DNA from: Alphaproteobacteria bacterium
GTDB lineage: Bacteria; Pseudomonadota; Alphaproteobacteria; Bin95
NCBI GenBank assembly: GCA_965205265.1
Contig: CBDBGH010000003.1
Location: forward strand, 3,776,001-3,840,000
Reading direction: 5' to 3'
Length of the DNA stretch: 64,000 bases
The notes under the pieces are model-generated. The model was not told where the DNA came from. It was given only the letters and a program-made list of their open reading frames with translations, and did not search any database. Positions 19,318 through 29,735 of the stretch are shown here, piece by piece. A program made the translations under genes and the position numbers. Numbering within the stretch: the first letter of the stretch is position 1; every line of letters starts with the position of its first letter.

Positions 19318-22300
19318 ATGAATCCTCTGGATCGCCTTCTCGAGGCCTACCGGGCCGCCGCCATCAGCGAACGCGACAAGGGCACCGCGTTCGAAAAGCT
19401 GGTCGCGGCCTGGCTGGTCACCGACCCGGTGCAGGCGAGGCGCTTCGAACGGGTGGACTCCTGGTCCGAATGGGCGCGCCGTCGGGAAGAGGACCGCAGC
19501 GACACGGGGATCGATCTGGTCGCGACACGGCATGACGGCGGTCTTGCGGCAATCCAGTGCAAGTTCTTCGCTTCGGACCGGCGGATCCGGAAGGACGACA
19601 TCGACAGCTTCATCTCGGCATCCGCGAAATCCCCGTTCGCGGAGCGGACGATCGTCGAGACCACCGACGTGGCTTGGAGTCCGAACGCCGAGACGATGCT
19701 GCGCGGCCAGACGATCCCGACCACCCGGATCGGGCTGCGCGATCTTCGGGACAGCGAGGTGGACTGGTCGGCGTTTGCGGCGACCGGGGAGATTGCGCGG
19801 CCCGAGCCGAAGGCCTTGCGTCCGGACCAGGTCGAGGCGCTGGAGGCGGTGCGGGACGGGCTGGACGGGGCCGACCGGGGCAAGCTGATCATGGCCTGCG
19901 GTACGGGAAAGACCCTGACCGGGCTGCGGATTGCCGAGGACACAGCGGGCTCCGGCGGCCATGTGCTGCTTCTGGTGCCCTCGCTGGCGCTGATGGCGCA
20001 GACGGTGCGCGAATGGTGCGCCGATGCGGTTCTGCCGTTGACGGCTTTCGCCGTCTGTTCCGATGCTCAAGTGGGCAAGCGGCGGCGCAGCGCGAATGAT
20101 GTTGCCGAGCTTGAAGTGAGCGATCTCGCCCTTCCGGCGACGACGGATGCGGGATTGCTGGCGCGGGCGGCCGCCGCATCGGACGACGGCGCGATGCGGG
20201 TCGTCTTCGCGACCTACCAGTCGATATCGGTCATTGCTGCCGCACAGGCGAAGCACGGTCTTCCGGAGTTCGACCTGATCGTCTGCGACGAGGCCCACCG
20301 CACGACGGGGGTGACGTTTGCCGGCGAGGACGAGTCGAATTTCGTGAAGGTGCATGACAACGAGGTGATCCGGGGCCGCAAGCGGCTCTACATGACGGCG
20401 ACGCCGCGCATCTACGGCGAAAACGCGAAATCGAAGGCGCGCGATGCGGAGGCCGTTCTCGCCTCGATGGACGATCCGGACCTCTACGGGGAGGTGCTGT
20501 TTCATCACGGGTTCGCCCGGGCGGTCGAGAGCGGCATCCTGACCGACTACCGCGTGATCGTTCTGGTCATGGACGAGGGGCAGGTCAGCGCCGCGGTGCA
20601 GAAGCGCCTCGCCGACGAGAACACCGAGCTTGTGCTCGACGATGCGACGAAGATCGTCGGTTGCTGGAAGGCGCTGTCCAAAACGGGGCTCGCGGGAACG
20701 GCCGCGGACGATCCCGAACCGATGCGCCGCGCCCTTGCATTCTGCCGGAGCATCAACAGCTCGAAGCTCGTTCGAAACGAGTTCGAGCAGGTGGTCGTCG
20801 AGTTCCAGGCCGAGATTGGCGACGACGAAGGAAACGGCGTCTTCTGCGAAGTCCGTCATGTGGACGGCACCTACAACGCCCGCGAGCGGGGTCAGCGGCT
20901 CGACTGGCTCAAGGAAGACGCGGGCGCCAATGTCTGCCGGATTCTGAGCAACGCGCGATGCCTCACCGAGGGCGTCGACGTGCCGGCCCTCGACGCGATC
21001 CTGTTCCTGCATCCACGCAACAGCCAGATCGACGTCGTGCAGGCGGTGGGCCGGGTAATGCGTCAGGCGCCTGGCAAACGGATGGGGTACGTCATTCTTC
21101 CGGTCGGCGTACCGCCGGGCGTTCCCGCGGATGTGGCGCTCGGCGACAACGAGAAGTACCGGGTGGTCTGGCAGATTCTGAACGCGCTCCGCGCCCATGA
21201 CGAAGGGCTGGGTGCGGTGATCAACCAGGGCGGTCTCGGACAGGATGTCAGCGGCCGCATCGCGATCGTCGACGGCCGGTCTCCGCGTGCCGGTGCCGAA
21301 CTCGCTGCGGTCACGGCGACGGTAGATGACCTGCCGAGGCGCCCCGCGCCGCCCAGGCCGGGTATAGGACGAGGAGGGTCGGGCGACTCCGAAGGCAGGG
21401 GCGGGCCGCAGGAGCCTCTGCCATTGGTGATTGACGAGTTCTCGCGCGCCGTGATGGCGAAGATCGTCGAGAAGTGCGGTACGCGCGACTACTGGGAAGA
21501 CTGGGCGAAAGATGTCGCCGAGATTGCGGAACGCCACGTCACGCGCATATCCAGCCTTGTGCAGCAACCCGAAAGCGACGCCCGGTCGTTCTTCCAGGAT
21601 TTCCTTCTGGAGCTCCGCGACGATCTCAACGAGTCGATCACGGAACACGACGCCATCGAGATGCTGGCGCAGCATCTGATCACGCGGCCCGTGTTCGACG
21701 CGCTGTTCGAGGGGTCTCCCTTTGTCGACAGGAACCCGGTCTCGGCCGCGATGACGGAGGTCCTGTCCGTGATCGACGAGGTGCAGATCAAGCGCGAAGC
21801 GAAGGCGCTTGAAGGCTTCTACGCCTCGGTGCGCCGGCGGGCGGCGGGGATCACCGATCCGCAGGCGCGGCAGAAGCTGATCGTGGAACTCTACGACAAG
21901 TTCTTCCGAAGCGCGTTTCCGCGCACGACGCAGATGCTCGGCATCGTCTACACGCCGGTCGAGATCGTGGACTTCATCATCCGCTCGGTGAACGAGGCCT
22001 TGCAGGAGGAGTTCGGCCAGACGATCGGCTCCGAAGGCGTCCACATCATCGACCCCTTCGTCGGAACCGGCACCTTCATCACCCGGCTGCTGCAATCGGG
22101 GCTGATCGCGCCCGAAGACCTGGAGCGCAAGTACCGCGGGGAAATCCACGCAAACGACATCGTGCTTCTCGCCTACTACATTGCCGCCATCAACATCGAG
22201 TCCGTTTTCTTCCATTCGGTCGCGAACCGCGACGACTACCTGCCCTATGCCGGCATCTGCCTGACCGATACCTTCGCCCTGCACGAAGGCGACGACGAGC

Positions 22301-24216
22301 TGTCCTTCTACATGAAAGACAACACGGATCGGCGCGAGCGGCAGAAAGCGACCGACATCCGGGTCATTATCGGCAACCCGCCCTATTCGGCAGGGCAGAA
22401 AAGCGAAAACGACAACGCGAAGAATGTCGCGTATGCATGGCTGGACCAGCGAATTCGGGACACCTATGCGGAACGCTCTGCCGCGGGCCTGAAGCAGAAT
22501 CTCTACGACAGCTACATCCGCGCGATCCGCTGGGGCAGCGATCGGCTCGGGAAGGCCGGGGTGATGGCGTACATTACCGGCAGCGCCTGGATCGAGCGCG
22601 CATTTGCCGACGGTCTGCGGAAGTGTCTGGCCCGCGAGTTCGCTCGCGTTCACGTCTTTCACCTTCGTGGCGACATTCGCAAGAACATGCTGTCCGGCGG
22701 ACGCGCGGGTGAGGGTGAAAACGTGTTCGGACAGGGAAGCATGACGGGGGTCGCGATCACGGTCTTCGTCAAGAACCCGGACGCCCCGGAACAGGGCCGC
22801 ATCCTGTTCCATGACATCGGTGACGACCTGGACCGGAAGCAGAAGCTCGAGACCGTCAAGCGGCTCGGTAGCATCCGTGGAATCGAGCAAGCCCGCGGAT
22901 GGCGGCGGATCACGCCCGACGAACATGGCGACTGGCTGGACCAGCGTGACCGCAGCTTCGAGGCGTATCCGAAGATCGGGGACAAGCAGGACAGGAACGG
23001 TCGCGTTCTGTTCGACAGCTACTCCCTTGGCGTGGTTACCAATCGGGACGCCTGGTGCATCAATCCGTCCCCGACCGCACTGGCCGAGAACATCGAGTCG
23101 ACGATCTCGTTCTATAGCGGCGAACTGGGGCGGTTGAGAGCGGCCACCGAGACGGGGAAGCTCACGGGAGAGGCGCTTCCCGGGATTGACAGCTTCGTCA
23201 ATTCAGACCCCACCAGGATCAGCTGGACTCGTTCTCTCAAGCAGGATCTCCGGAAAGGGAAAGAACTCCGACAAGGCGATGGCACGTTTGTCCCCTGCCT
23301 CTACCGCCCCTTCACCAAGCAATGGCAATTCTTCAGCCGCCGGCTGAATGAGATGGTCTATCAGATGCCCCGCATCTTCCCGAATGCCGATCTGCCCAAC
23401 CGGGTCATCGCGGTCACGGGCAAGGGCGGGCGGTCCGGATTTTCGGCGCTGATGATGGATGCGTTGCCGAACCTTCACACAATCGACACCGGCCAGTGTT
23501 TTCCGTTCTGGATCTACGAAAGAAGCGAGGACGCGGAAGCGGACCTTCTCGGGGAGCGAATTGCCGGATACAGGCGGCTCGACGCCATCACCGTCTACGC
23601 GCTCGAATACTTCCGTGACGCCCATCCGTCCGAGTCCGTGAGCCGGGAGGACATCTTCCATTACATCTACGGGCTGCTGCATTCCGAGGACTATCGCCAC
23701 CGTTTTGCCGCCAACCTTGTCAAGGAACTGCCGCGCATCCCCTGCGTGAAGCCGGTGAAGGACTATCGGTCCTTCCGCGATGCGGGGAAGCGCTTGGCGC
23801 ACCTGCATGTCGGTTACGAGACCGTGGATCCCTGGCCGGCCACGATCGACACCGCCGGCGAACTGCTGCTGGCCGATGCCGAGGATGCCTTTCGGGTCAC
23901 GAAAATGCGCCATCCGGGATCGGGCAAGAGCAAGGATCGGTCGACGGTGATCTACAATTCCCGCATCACCATCCGCGACATCCCCGAGGCGGCATGGGAA
24001 TACGTCGTCAACGGCAAGCCCGCGCTCGCCTGGGTCATGGAACGCCAGTGTGTCAGGACCGACAAGGCCAGCGGGGTCGTCAGCGACGCCAACCGCTACG
24101 CGACCGAGACCGTCGGTGATCCGCGATATCCGCTTGACCTCTTGCTGCGGGTCATCACCGTCAGCCTGGAGACCATGAAGATCGTGCGCTCCCTTCCCGA
24201 ACTGGCAATCGAATAA
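19318..24216 (+). CDS. Type ISP restriction-modification enzyme (Mrr-like nuclease, SF2 helicase, N6A methylase, TRD; LlaGI/LlaBIII-like)
   Basis: GIDLV..QCK nuclease, MACGTGKT, DEAH, DPFVGTGTF, GNPPY. Confidence 0.93.
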   Translation: MNPLDRLLEAYRAAAISERDKGTAFEKLVAAWLVTDPVQARRFERVDSWSEWARRREEDRSDTGIDLVATRHDGGLAAIQCKFFASDRRIRKDDIDSFISASAKSPFAERTIVETTDVAWSPNAETMLRGQTIPTTRIGLRDLRDSEVDWSAFAATGEIARPEPKALRPDQVEALEAVRDGLDGADRGKLIMACGTGKTLTGLRIAEDTAGSGGHVLLLVPSLALMAQTVREWCADAVLPLTAFAVCSDAQVGKRRRSANDVAELEVSDLALPATTDAGLLARAAAASDDGAMRVVFATYQSISVIAAAQAKHGLPEFDLIVCDEAHRTTGVTFAGEDESNFVKVHDNEVIRGRKRLYMTATPRIYGENAKSKARDAEAVLASMDDPDLYGEVLFHHGFARAVESGILTDYRVIVLVMDEGQVSAAVQKRLADENTELVLDDATKIVGCWKALSKTGLAGTAADDPEPMRRALAFCRSINSSKLVRNEFEQVVVEFQAEIGDDEGNGVFCEVRHVDGTYNARERGQRLDWLKEDAGANVCRILSNARCLTEGVDVPALDAILFLHPRNSQIDVVQAVGRVMRQAPGKRMGYVILPVGVPPGVPADVALGDNEKYRVVWQILNALRAHDEGLGAVINQGGLGQDVSGRIAIVDGRSPRAGAELAAVTATVDDLPRRPAPPRPGIGRGGSGDSEGRGGPQEPLPLVIDEFSRAVMAKIVEKCGTRDYWEDWAKDVAEIAERHVTRISSLVQQPESDARSFFQDFLLELRDDLNESITEHDAIEMLAQHLITRPVFDALFEGSPFVDRNPVSAAMTEVLSVIDEVQIKREAKALEGFYASVRRRAAGITDPQARQKLIVELYDKFFRSAFPRTTQMLGIVYTPVEIVDFIIRSVNEALQEEFGQTIGSEGVHIIDPFVGTGTFITRLLQSGLIAPEDLERKYRGEIHANDIVLLAYYIAAINIESVFFHSVANRDDYLPYAGICLTDTFALHEGDDELSFYMKDNTDRRERQKATDIRVIIGNPPYSAGQKSENDNAKNVAYAWLDQRIRDTYAERSAAGLKQNLYDSYIRAIRWGSDRLGKAGVMAYITGSAWIERAFADGLRKCLAREFARVHVFHLRGDIRKNMLSGGRAGEGENVFGQGSMTGVAITVFVKNPDAPEQGRILFHDIGDDLDRKQKLETVKRLGSIRGIEQARGWRRITPDEHGDWLDQRDRSFEAYPKIGDKQDRNGRVLFDSYSLGVVTNRDAWCINPSPTALAENIESTISFYSGELGRLRAATETGKLTGEALPGIDSFVNSDPTRISWTRSLKQDLRKGKELRQGDGTFVPCLYRPFTKQWQFFSRRLNEMVYQMPRIFPNADLPNRVIAVTGKGGRSGFSALMMDALPNLHTIDTGQCFPFWIYERSEDAEADLLGERIAGYRRLDAITVYALEYFRDAHPSESVSREDIFHYIYGLLHSEDYRHRFAANLVKELPRIPCVKPVKDYRSFRDAGKRLAHLHVGYETVDPWPATIDTAGELLLADAEDAFRVTKMRHPGSGKSKDRSTVIYNSRITIRDIPEAAWEYVVNGKPALAWVMERQCVRTDKASGVVSDANRYATETVGDPRYPLDLLLRVITVSLETMKIVRSLPELAIE

Positions 24217-24286
24217 ACCGGACAGGGCGGTCGCAGTGAGTGGCCCGGACAACTGCCGCCGGTCCAGATGAGGCGATACCGCCGAG

Positions 24287-25459
24287 CTAAAGGATATCGG
24301 CCGCGATGCTGTCGGCGACCCTTACCGCCGCCTCGTGCATGGAGTCGCGCGCCAGATGGGCGTATTTCGCCGTCGTCTCGACATGCGCGTGGCCGAGCAG
24401 CCGGCCGATCACGGGCAGGCTCTCGCCCAGCGCCAGCGCGCGCGAGGCGAAGGAATGCCGGCAGTCGTGAAGCCGGACATCCTCGAGCCTCGCCCGTTCG
24501 CGCACCAGGCACCACTGACGGTCGATGAAGCCCAGCCGCTCGCCCGGCTTCCGGCCCTGGATCACCCAGGGATTGCCCTCGGCGCGCGGGATGCCCGCGA
24601 GCACCCGAACCGCCTCGGGCGACAGCGGCACTGTGCGCGCACCGGTCTTGGTGTCTTCAAGGTTCAGCTCCATGGCTTCGAGGTCCACGTCCCGCCAGCG
24701 CAGCGTCACGATCTCGTTCTTGCGGCACCCGGTCAGCATCAGCAGCCGGATCGCCGCCGCGGCATGCGCCGAGACGGCGCCGTCGGCCTCCGCCTCGTCG
24801 AGTGCACGCCCGAGCCGGCGGAACTCGGCGGCGGTGAGAAACCGCTCGCGCGCCTGCTGGCGGTATTTCACCGTGCCCCGGCAGGGATTGCTCCCCTCGG
24901 GCGTCAATCCCCAGGATTCGGCCATGTTGAACATGCGCGACAGCAGGTCCAGCGTCCGGTTGGCCTGCACCGGCGTCGCCCGCATCGCATGGTGCAGGTC
25001 GCGCACATGCTCGCGCCGCACGCTGCCGAGCGGCAGCTTCCCGAGCGTCGGCACGATGTGCCCGTTCGCCATGCGCCGGTAGGCCTTCACGGTGTTGGGC
25101 TTGCAATGCTGCTCGGCATATTCCTCGAGATACCGCGCGGCGAGCGCCGCGACCGTCGGCCCGTCCGGGTGCTTCGCCGCCAGCGGCTCCGGCACCGGGT
25201 CCTCGCCCGCCTTGATGCGCGCGATGATCAGCGCCGCGCGGCGGCGAGCCTCCTCGGGCGTGATGACGCCGTGCCGCCCGATGGTCAGCCGCTTCGCCGC
25301 GCCGCGCGCGCGGGTCTGCACGATGTAGTGCTTCGAGCCGGAGGGATACACCCGGACGCCGAAGCCCGGCTGTCCAGAGTCCCAGAACACCGTGTCCCTG
25401 TCGACCTCGAGCGCTTCGACCGTGCGCCGCGATATCGACCGTCTCCCGAGCTTCGCCAT
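24287..25459 (-). CDS. tyrosine recombinase/integrase with arm-binding domain
   Basis: TGCRKNE, KTG, HDCRH, LLGH, TAKY catalytic set. Confidence 0.95.
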   Translation of the reverse strand: MAKLGRRSISRRTVEALEVDRDTVFWDSGQPGFGVRVYPSGSKHYIVQTRARGAAKRLTIGRHGVITPEEARRRAALIIARIKAGEDPVPEPLAAKHPDGPTVAALAARYLEEYAEQHCKPNTVKAYRRMANGHIVPTLGKLPLGSVRREHVRDLHHAMRATPVQANRTLDLLSRMFNMAESWGLTPEGSNPCRGTVKYRQQARERFLTAAEFRRLGRALDEAEADGAVSAHAAAAIRLLMLTGCRKNEIVTLRWRDVDLEAMELNLEDTKTGARTVPLSPEAVRVLAGIPRAEGNPWVIQGRKPGERLGFIDRQWCLVRERARLEDVRLHDCRHSFASRALALGESLPVIGRLLGHAHVETTAKYAHLARDSMHEAAVRVADSIAADIL

Positions 25460-25477
25460 CGCGACCTTCCTCTCGCC

Positions 25478-26653
25478 TCAGGCGGCGTCCGGTTCGAGGA
25501 TGTCGGCGCCGATGCTGCCGCCGACCTTGGCCGCCGACGCCTTCTCGGTGTCGCGCGCCAGATGCGCGTAACGCGCGGTCGTCGCGACCTGCCCGTGGCC
25601 CATCAGCTTGCCGATCATCGAAAGGCTCTCGCCGAGCGCCAGCGCCCGGCTCGCCCAGCTGTGCCGAAGATCGTGGATGCGGACGTCCTTCAGCCCGGCC
25701 TTCGCGCGAAGGCGCTTCCAGACTGCATCCATGTTGACCAGATGGGCGTCCCCCTTCCTGCCCGCGATCACCCATGGGCTGTCGCCGTCGCGAGGAATCC
25801 GGTCGAGCACCGCCTCGACCGCGGGCGTCAGCGGAACGATGCGCGGTCCCGTCTTGGCATCGCGCAATCTCAACCCGCGCGCCGCCCGGTCCACATCGTC
25901 CCACCGGAGCCCCATGATCTCACCCTTGCGGCATCCGGTCAGCATCAGCAGGCGAAGCGCCGCTACCGCTGCCGGCCGCGCCGAGCCGGCCGCCTCCGCC
26001 TCCTTCAGCACCCGGCCCAGTTCCCGGTATTCGTCGGGCGTGAGGAAACGCTCCCGCCTGACCTCCCGGTACCGGCGCACCGCCCGGCACGGGTTCCGTC
26101 CCGGCGGGACCAGCTCCAGCGCCTCGGCCATGTTGTACATCCGCGACAGTATCCTCACCGACAGGTTCGCCGCCTGCGGCGTCCTGCGCAGTCCGTAATG
26201 GAACTTCGCAACGCGCGACCGGTCGACCTCGCCTATGGGCAGGCCGCCGAGTTCCGGCAGGATGAGCCTCTCGATCGCGTAGCGGTAGCTCGCCTGCGTC
26301 TTCTCCCGGAGGTTGACCTTCACATGGCCTTCCATGTAGCGCGCCGCCAGACCCGCCACGGTGAGTTCCGGCGCGGCCGGCGCCGGGAACGGCTCCAGCC
26401 CCCGCCGGATGCGGTCGATGACGCCGGCGGCCCGCTTGCGGGCCTCGTCGGGCGTCAGGTCGCCGTGGCGCCCGAGCGTGACGCGCTTCGGCCCGGTCGG
26501 CCCGCGCGTCTGGACGACGAAGACCTTGCGGCCGGTTGGATGGACCCGGACGCCGAACCCCTTGAGGTCCCGGTCCCAGAACACGGCGTCCTTGCCGGCG
26601 ACCGCGAGGGCGTCGACGGCGCGCTTGGTGAGCTTCGGGGCAGAATCGGGCAT
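25478..26653 (-). CDS. tyrosine recombinase/integrase, paralog of the adjacent gene
   Basis: Start MPDSAPKLTKRAV; TGCRKGE, KTG, HDLRH, LMGH, TARY. Confidence 0.95.
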   Translation of the reverse strand: MPDSAPKLTKRAVDALAVAGKDAVFWDRDLKGFGVRVHPTGRKVFVVQTRGPTGPKRVTLGRHGDLTPDEARKRAAGVIDRIRRGLEPFPAPAAPELTVAGLAARYMEGHVKVNLREKTQASYRYAIERLILPELGGLPIGEVDRSRVAKFHYGLRRTPQAANLSVRILSRMYNMAEALELVPPGRNPCRAVRRYREVRRERFLTPDEYRELGRVLKEAEAAGSARPAAVAALRLLMLTGCRKGEIMGLRWDDVDRAARGLRLRDAKTGPRIVPLTPAVEAVLDRIPRDGDSPWVIAGRKGDAHLVNMDAVWKRLRAKAGLKDVRIHDLRHSWASRALALGESLSMIGKLMGHGQVATTARYAHLARDTEKASAAKVGGSIGADILEPDAA

Positions 26654-26964
26654 CGTGGTCTCCGGCGGATCGGGGAAGCGTTCGTTCAAGGGGTGACGAT
26701 GATGAGGACGACGAGGCCAACTCCGTGGTTTGCCGGGCTTCGCCCGACTTCGCTCTGTGCCATCGTCCCCTCCATCACCGCGTGACCGAACGCTTTCCCG
26801 CGGCGGGTTTTCGGTCCTGGAAGTGGATGCGGAATTCGTAATCAATCCGCAAGCGACCGGACCCGTATCCCGGCGCATTGGAGTGCATCCCGGGCAGGGA
26901 TGCAAGACCAAAATGGCGGTACAAATAGCTGTTACACAATGATAAATCGTATCTCAGCGCACTC

Positions 26965-26990
26965 TGGCGCAGGTCTGGCGCAATGGCGCT
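26965..26990. repeat. TGGCGCA direct repeats, candidate integrase binding sites at the element end
   Basis: TGGCGCA at 26965 and 26976, TGGCGCT at 26984, abutting the premature methylase stop. Confidence 0.5.
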
Positions 26991-27783
26991 ACATATCATG
27001 CCGGAAGCCGTCATGGTGAATCGGGAAGTTCCGGTGCGGATACATCCCCACGAAAGTCTTGCCCTCTTCGAGGTAGTAGGGCGGGTCGCAGTAGAGGAAG
27101 TCCGCCGCGTGATGCGGTATCGACTCCTCGAAGCCCGCGCACTCCACGGTCAGCCCCGGCGCGCGAAACGCCTCGACCTTCTCCACCGTCTTCCCGTAAC
27201 GATCCGGTGCCAGATACACATCGGACGGCCAGCCGAGGAAATGCGGCCCGTAGGAGGTGTTCGAGTTGAAGTAGTAGTGAGCGGCGAGGTCGTAGCGGTT
27301 CAACGCCTCCCCGCGCTTCCAGTGCGCTTCCAGCCGGGCTTTGACGGCGGCGAAGGTGGGCCGATCCGGCGTGAAGGCCCGGAGCCGCTTCGCCAGTGCG
27401 GCCGGGCGCTGCAACTGCTCTTGCCAGTAGGCGCAGAGAATGTCGAAGACATCGTAGGCCGCGACCGGCAGTTCGAGTTCGCGGGCAAGAGCGATCTCGA
27501 CGGAGCCGCCGCCCATGAAAGGCGACGCGACGCGCTCCACGACATCGGGCATGAGTTCCACGACCATGCCGACGGCGAGGCTCTTGCCGCCCGCGTAGCG
27601 CAGCGGCGAGGCCAGATACCGCTTGTAGTCCAGCTTGCCGGTGCTGCGCAGCCGGTCGAGGAAACGCGCCTTGCGGAGGTGCAGGGGATGGCGGCCGTCC
27701 TCCATCCATCCCTCATTCAGCAGGCGGCGGGCGAGGGCTTCCGCGCTTAGGTCGGTCGGCGGAATGACCGTTTGCAGCGCCAT
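26989..27783 (-). pseudogene. Dam-like (D12 class) N6-adenine methyltransferase, probably C-terminally truncated
   Basis: SPLRYAGGKS, SPFMGGGSV, YCDPPY; stops about 26 aa after DPPY without the usual downstream LSYN-type motif. Confidence 0.75.
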
Positions 27784-27784
27784 G

Positions 27785-28750
27785 TCAGCTTCGAGCGCCG
27801 GAGGACAGGCCGTTGTCCGCAATCAAGTCGCTGTAAAGGAGGCGCTTGCCGACCATGCCAGCGGCGAGCGCCGCCATCATGTCCGCCGTGTCCATGTCGC
27901 GGAGATTGTGGCGCGTCGAGAATTCATCGACATACCGCTGAAGGTGCTTATGCGAAAACTTGTGAAAGGTTCCGGCGTAGGCCCGCTTCAACATCGACCA
28001 GAAGCTTTCCATCCCGTTCGTGTGCGCCTGCCCGCGCACATACTCGGCAACCGAGTGATTGACCGCCTCGTGATCGAATTCGGGCATTCCCTTGTAGGCG
28101 GCCGCTTCGTCCGTATAGAGGGTGGCGCCGGGCTGCACATTGTCCCGGACGAAGCGTTGCAGGTCGTCCGCCTTCGTCGCTTCCATGACGCGGGCCGCGA
28201 CCTTGTTGCTGTCCCGGTCCTTCACACCGGCCACGGCGGCTTTGCCGACCGTGCCCCGGCCCGTCCCGGCAAGCTCCTTCCGCTTCCGGTTGCTCATGTT
28301 CTTCCGTTTGCCTCCAAAGTAGGTTTCGTCCGCCTCGGCAGGGCCGAAGAACCCGCCCGGCTCGCCCATCATGGCTTCCCGGATGCGGTGCGCCATGAAC
28401 CATGCGCTCTTCTGCGTAATGCCAAGGTCGCGGTGCAGCTTCATCGACGACACGCCTTTGAGGCTTGTCACGCTCAAGTAGATGGCGATGACCCACTTGC
28501 GCAGCGGAATCTTCGACCGCTCCATCGCCGTGCCGGTGCGGACCGTGAACCGACGGCGGCAACCGCCGCACCAAAAGGTCAAGCCCTTCTGCGTCGTCTC
28601 GGTGTTACCGCAACGCGGGCAGAAACGGCCGGTGCGGCCCCAGCGCATATCCGCGAACCAGTCATGGGCGCTTTCCTCGGTCGGGAACATCTCCACAACC
28701 TGCAAGAGCGTGATGCCTTCGCGGTGTGCCTTACCCGGTGCTTTCGCCAT
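27785..28750 (-). CDS. IS1595-family transposase
   Basis: CPRCG/CGGC zinc ribbon, KGVSSMKLHRDLGITQKSAW HTH, EADETY, YTDE, HTNGMESFWS, YVDEF. Confidence 0.95.
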   Translation of the reverse strand: MAKAPGKAHREGITLLQVVEMFPTEESAHDWFADMRWGRTGRFCPRCGNTETTQKGLTFWCGGCRRRFTVRTGTAMERSKIPLRKWVIAIYLSVTSLKGVSSMKLHRDLGITQKSAWFMAHRIREAMMGEPGGFFGPAEADETYFGGKRKNMSNRKRKELAGTGRGTVGKAAVAGVKDRDSNKVAARVMEATKADDLQRFVRDNVQPGATLYTDEAAAYKGMPEFDHEAVNHSVAEYVRGQAHTNGMESFWSMLKRAYAGTFHKFSHKHLQRYVDEFSTRHNLRDMDTADMMAALAAGMVGKRLLYSDLIADNGLSSGARS

Positions 28751-28773
28751 AGTGGATCCTCCCTGTAAGGATG

Positions 28774-28815
28774 AATATAGGCGCTCCGGTTTGCGCCGTC
28801 AAGTATATAATCCCC
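28774..28815 (-). promoter_or_regulatory. IS1595 end with transposase promoter
   Basis: GGGGATTATATAC candidate terminal repeat ending at 28815, then TTGACG-17 bp-TATATT and GGGAGG RBS; partner repeat not seen in the window. Confidence 0.6.
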
Positions 28816-28964
28816 TATCGTTAGACATGGTTGTCGAACAAGTAGCGTAACCGGCCGGAATGTCCAACCTGTCATTCGTCGCCGGCGACAGGACGGGCGG
28901 GGCTTTTCCGACTACTATCTGCAATGGAAATCCGCGGACCCGTTTTTTCAGGCCTGAAAGTCCA

Positions 28965-29735
28965 TTGATCGTCATCGACTCGATCACCCATGTCGAAGCC
29001 GCCCATCGCGGGCGGGTCGTGCTGGCCGGCAGCCATGGCGGGGCCTATTGCGCGGGCGTGGCGGCGAAGGCGGGCCTGCGCGCCGTGATGCTGAACGACG
29101 CCGGCTTCGGCCTCGACCGGGCGGGCGTCGGCGCGCTCGCCCTGCTGGACAGCATCGGCATGGGCGCCGCCGCCATCGACCATATGAGCGCGCGCATCGG
29201 CGACGGCGCGGACATGGCCGGCCGGGGCGTGCTCTCCGCGGTCAACGAGGCCGCCGCCCGCGCCGGCTGCCGCATCGGCATGGGCGCGGCGGAAGCAGGC
29301 GCCCTGCTTGCGGAGGCCCCGGAACCGACGGGCGTCCTGCCGCCTTTGGAAGAAGCGCGAACAACTCTGGCGCCGGGCGTGGTCGGCCTCGACTCGCTCT
29401 CGCTGCTCGAGGCCGCGGACGGCGACAAGGCGGTCGTCTCCGGCAGCCACGGCGCGCTTCTGCGCAGCAACCCCGGCTATGTCATCCACCATGTCGTGCG
29501 CGCCGTGATCTGCCACGACGCCGGCATGGGTTGCGAGGATGCCGGGATCGGCCGGCTGGAGCCCTGCGCGGACATGGGCGTGCCGGCGGCGGCCGTTGCG
29601 GGCGCGACCGCACGCATCGGCGACGCCCGCTCGCTCTGGAACACCGGGCGGCTGTCCGCCGTCAACAGCCTGGCCCGCGCCGCCGGCGCCCGGCCCGGCA
29701 TGACCGTCCCCCAACTCGCGGAGCTTTTCGCATGA
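28965..29735 (+). CDS. conserved hypothetical protein with internal duplication (GSHG...DAG.G...ARIGD twice)
   Basis: Two homologous halves; ATGA overlap with the next gene; start uncertain. Confidence 0.7.
   Translation: MIVIDSITHVEAAHRGRVVLAGSHGGAYCAGVAAKAGLRAVMLNDAGFGLDRAGVGALALLDSIGMGAAAIDHMSARIGDGADMAGRGVLSAVNEAAARAGCRIGMGAAEAGALLAEAPEPTGVLPPLEEARTTLAPGVVGLDSLSLLEAADGDKAVVSGSHGALLRSNPGYVIHHVVRAVICHDAGMGCEDAGIGRLEPCADMGVPAAAVAGATARIGDARSLWNTGRLSAVNSLARAAGARPGMTVPQLAELFA

Larger units (their letters stand above)
1..26990. mobile_element. integrative mobilizable element (left end outside the window)
   Basis: Integrases, MOBF relaxase, SSB and defence cargo; right end inferred from truncation of the methylase gene and TGGCGCA repeats at 26965-26990. 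Confidence 0.75.
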
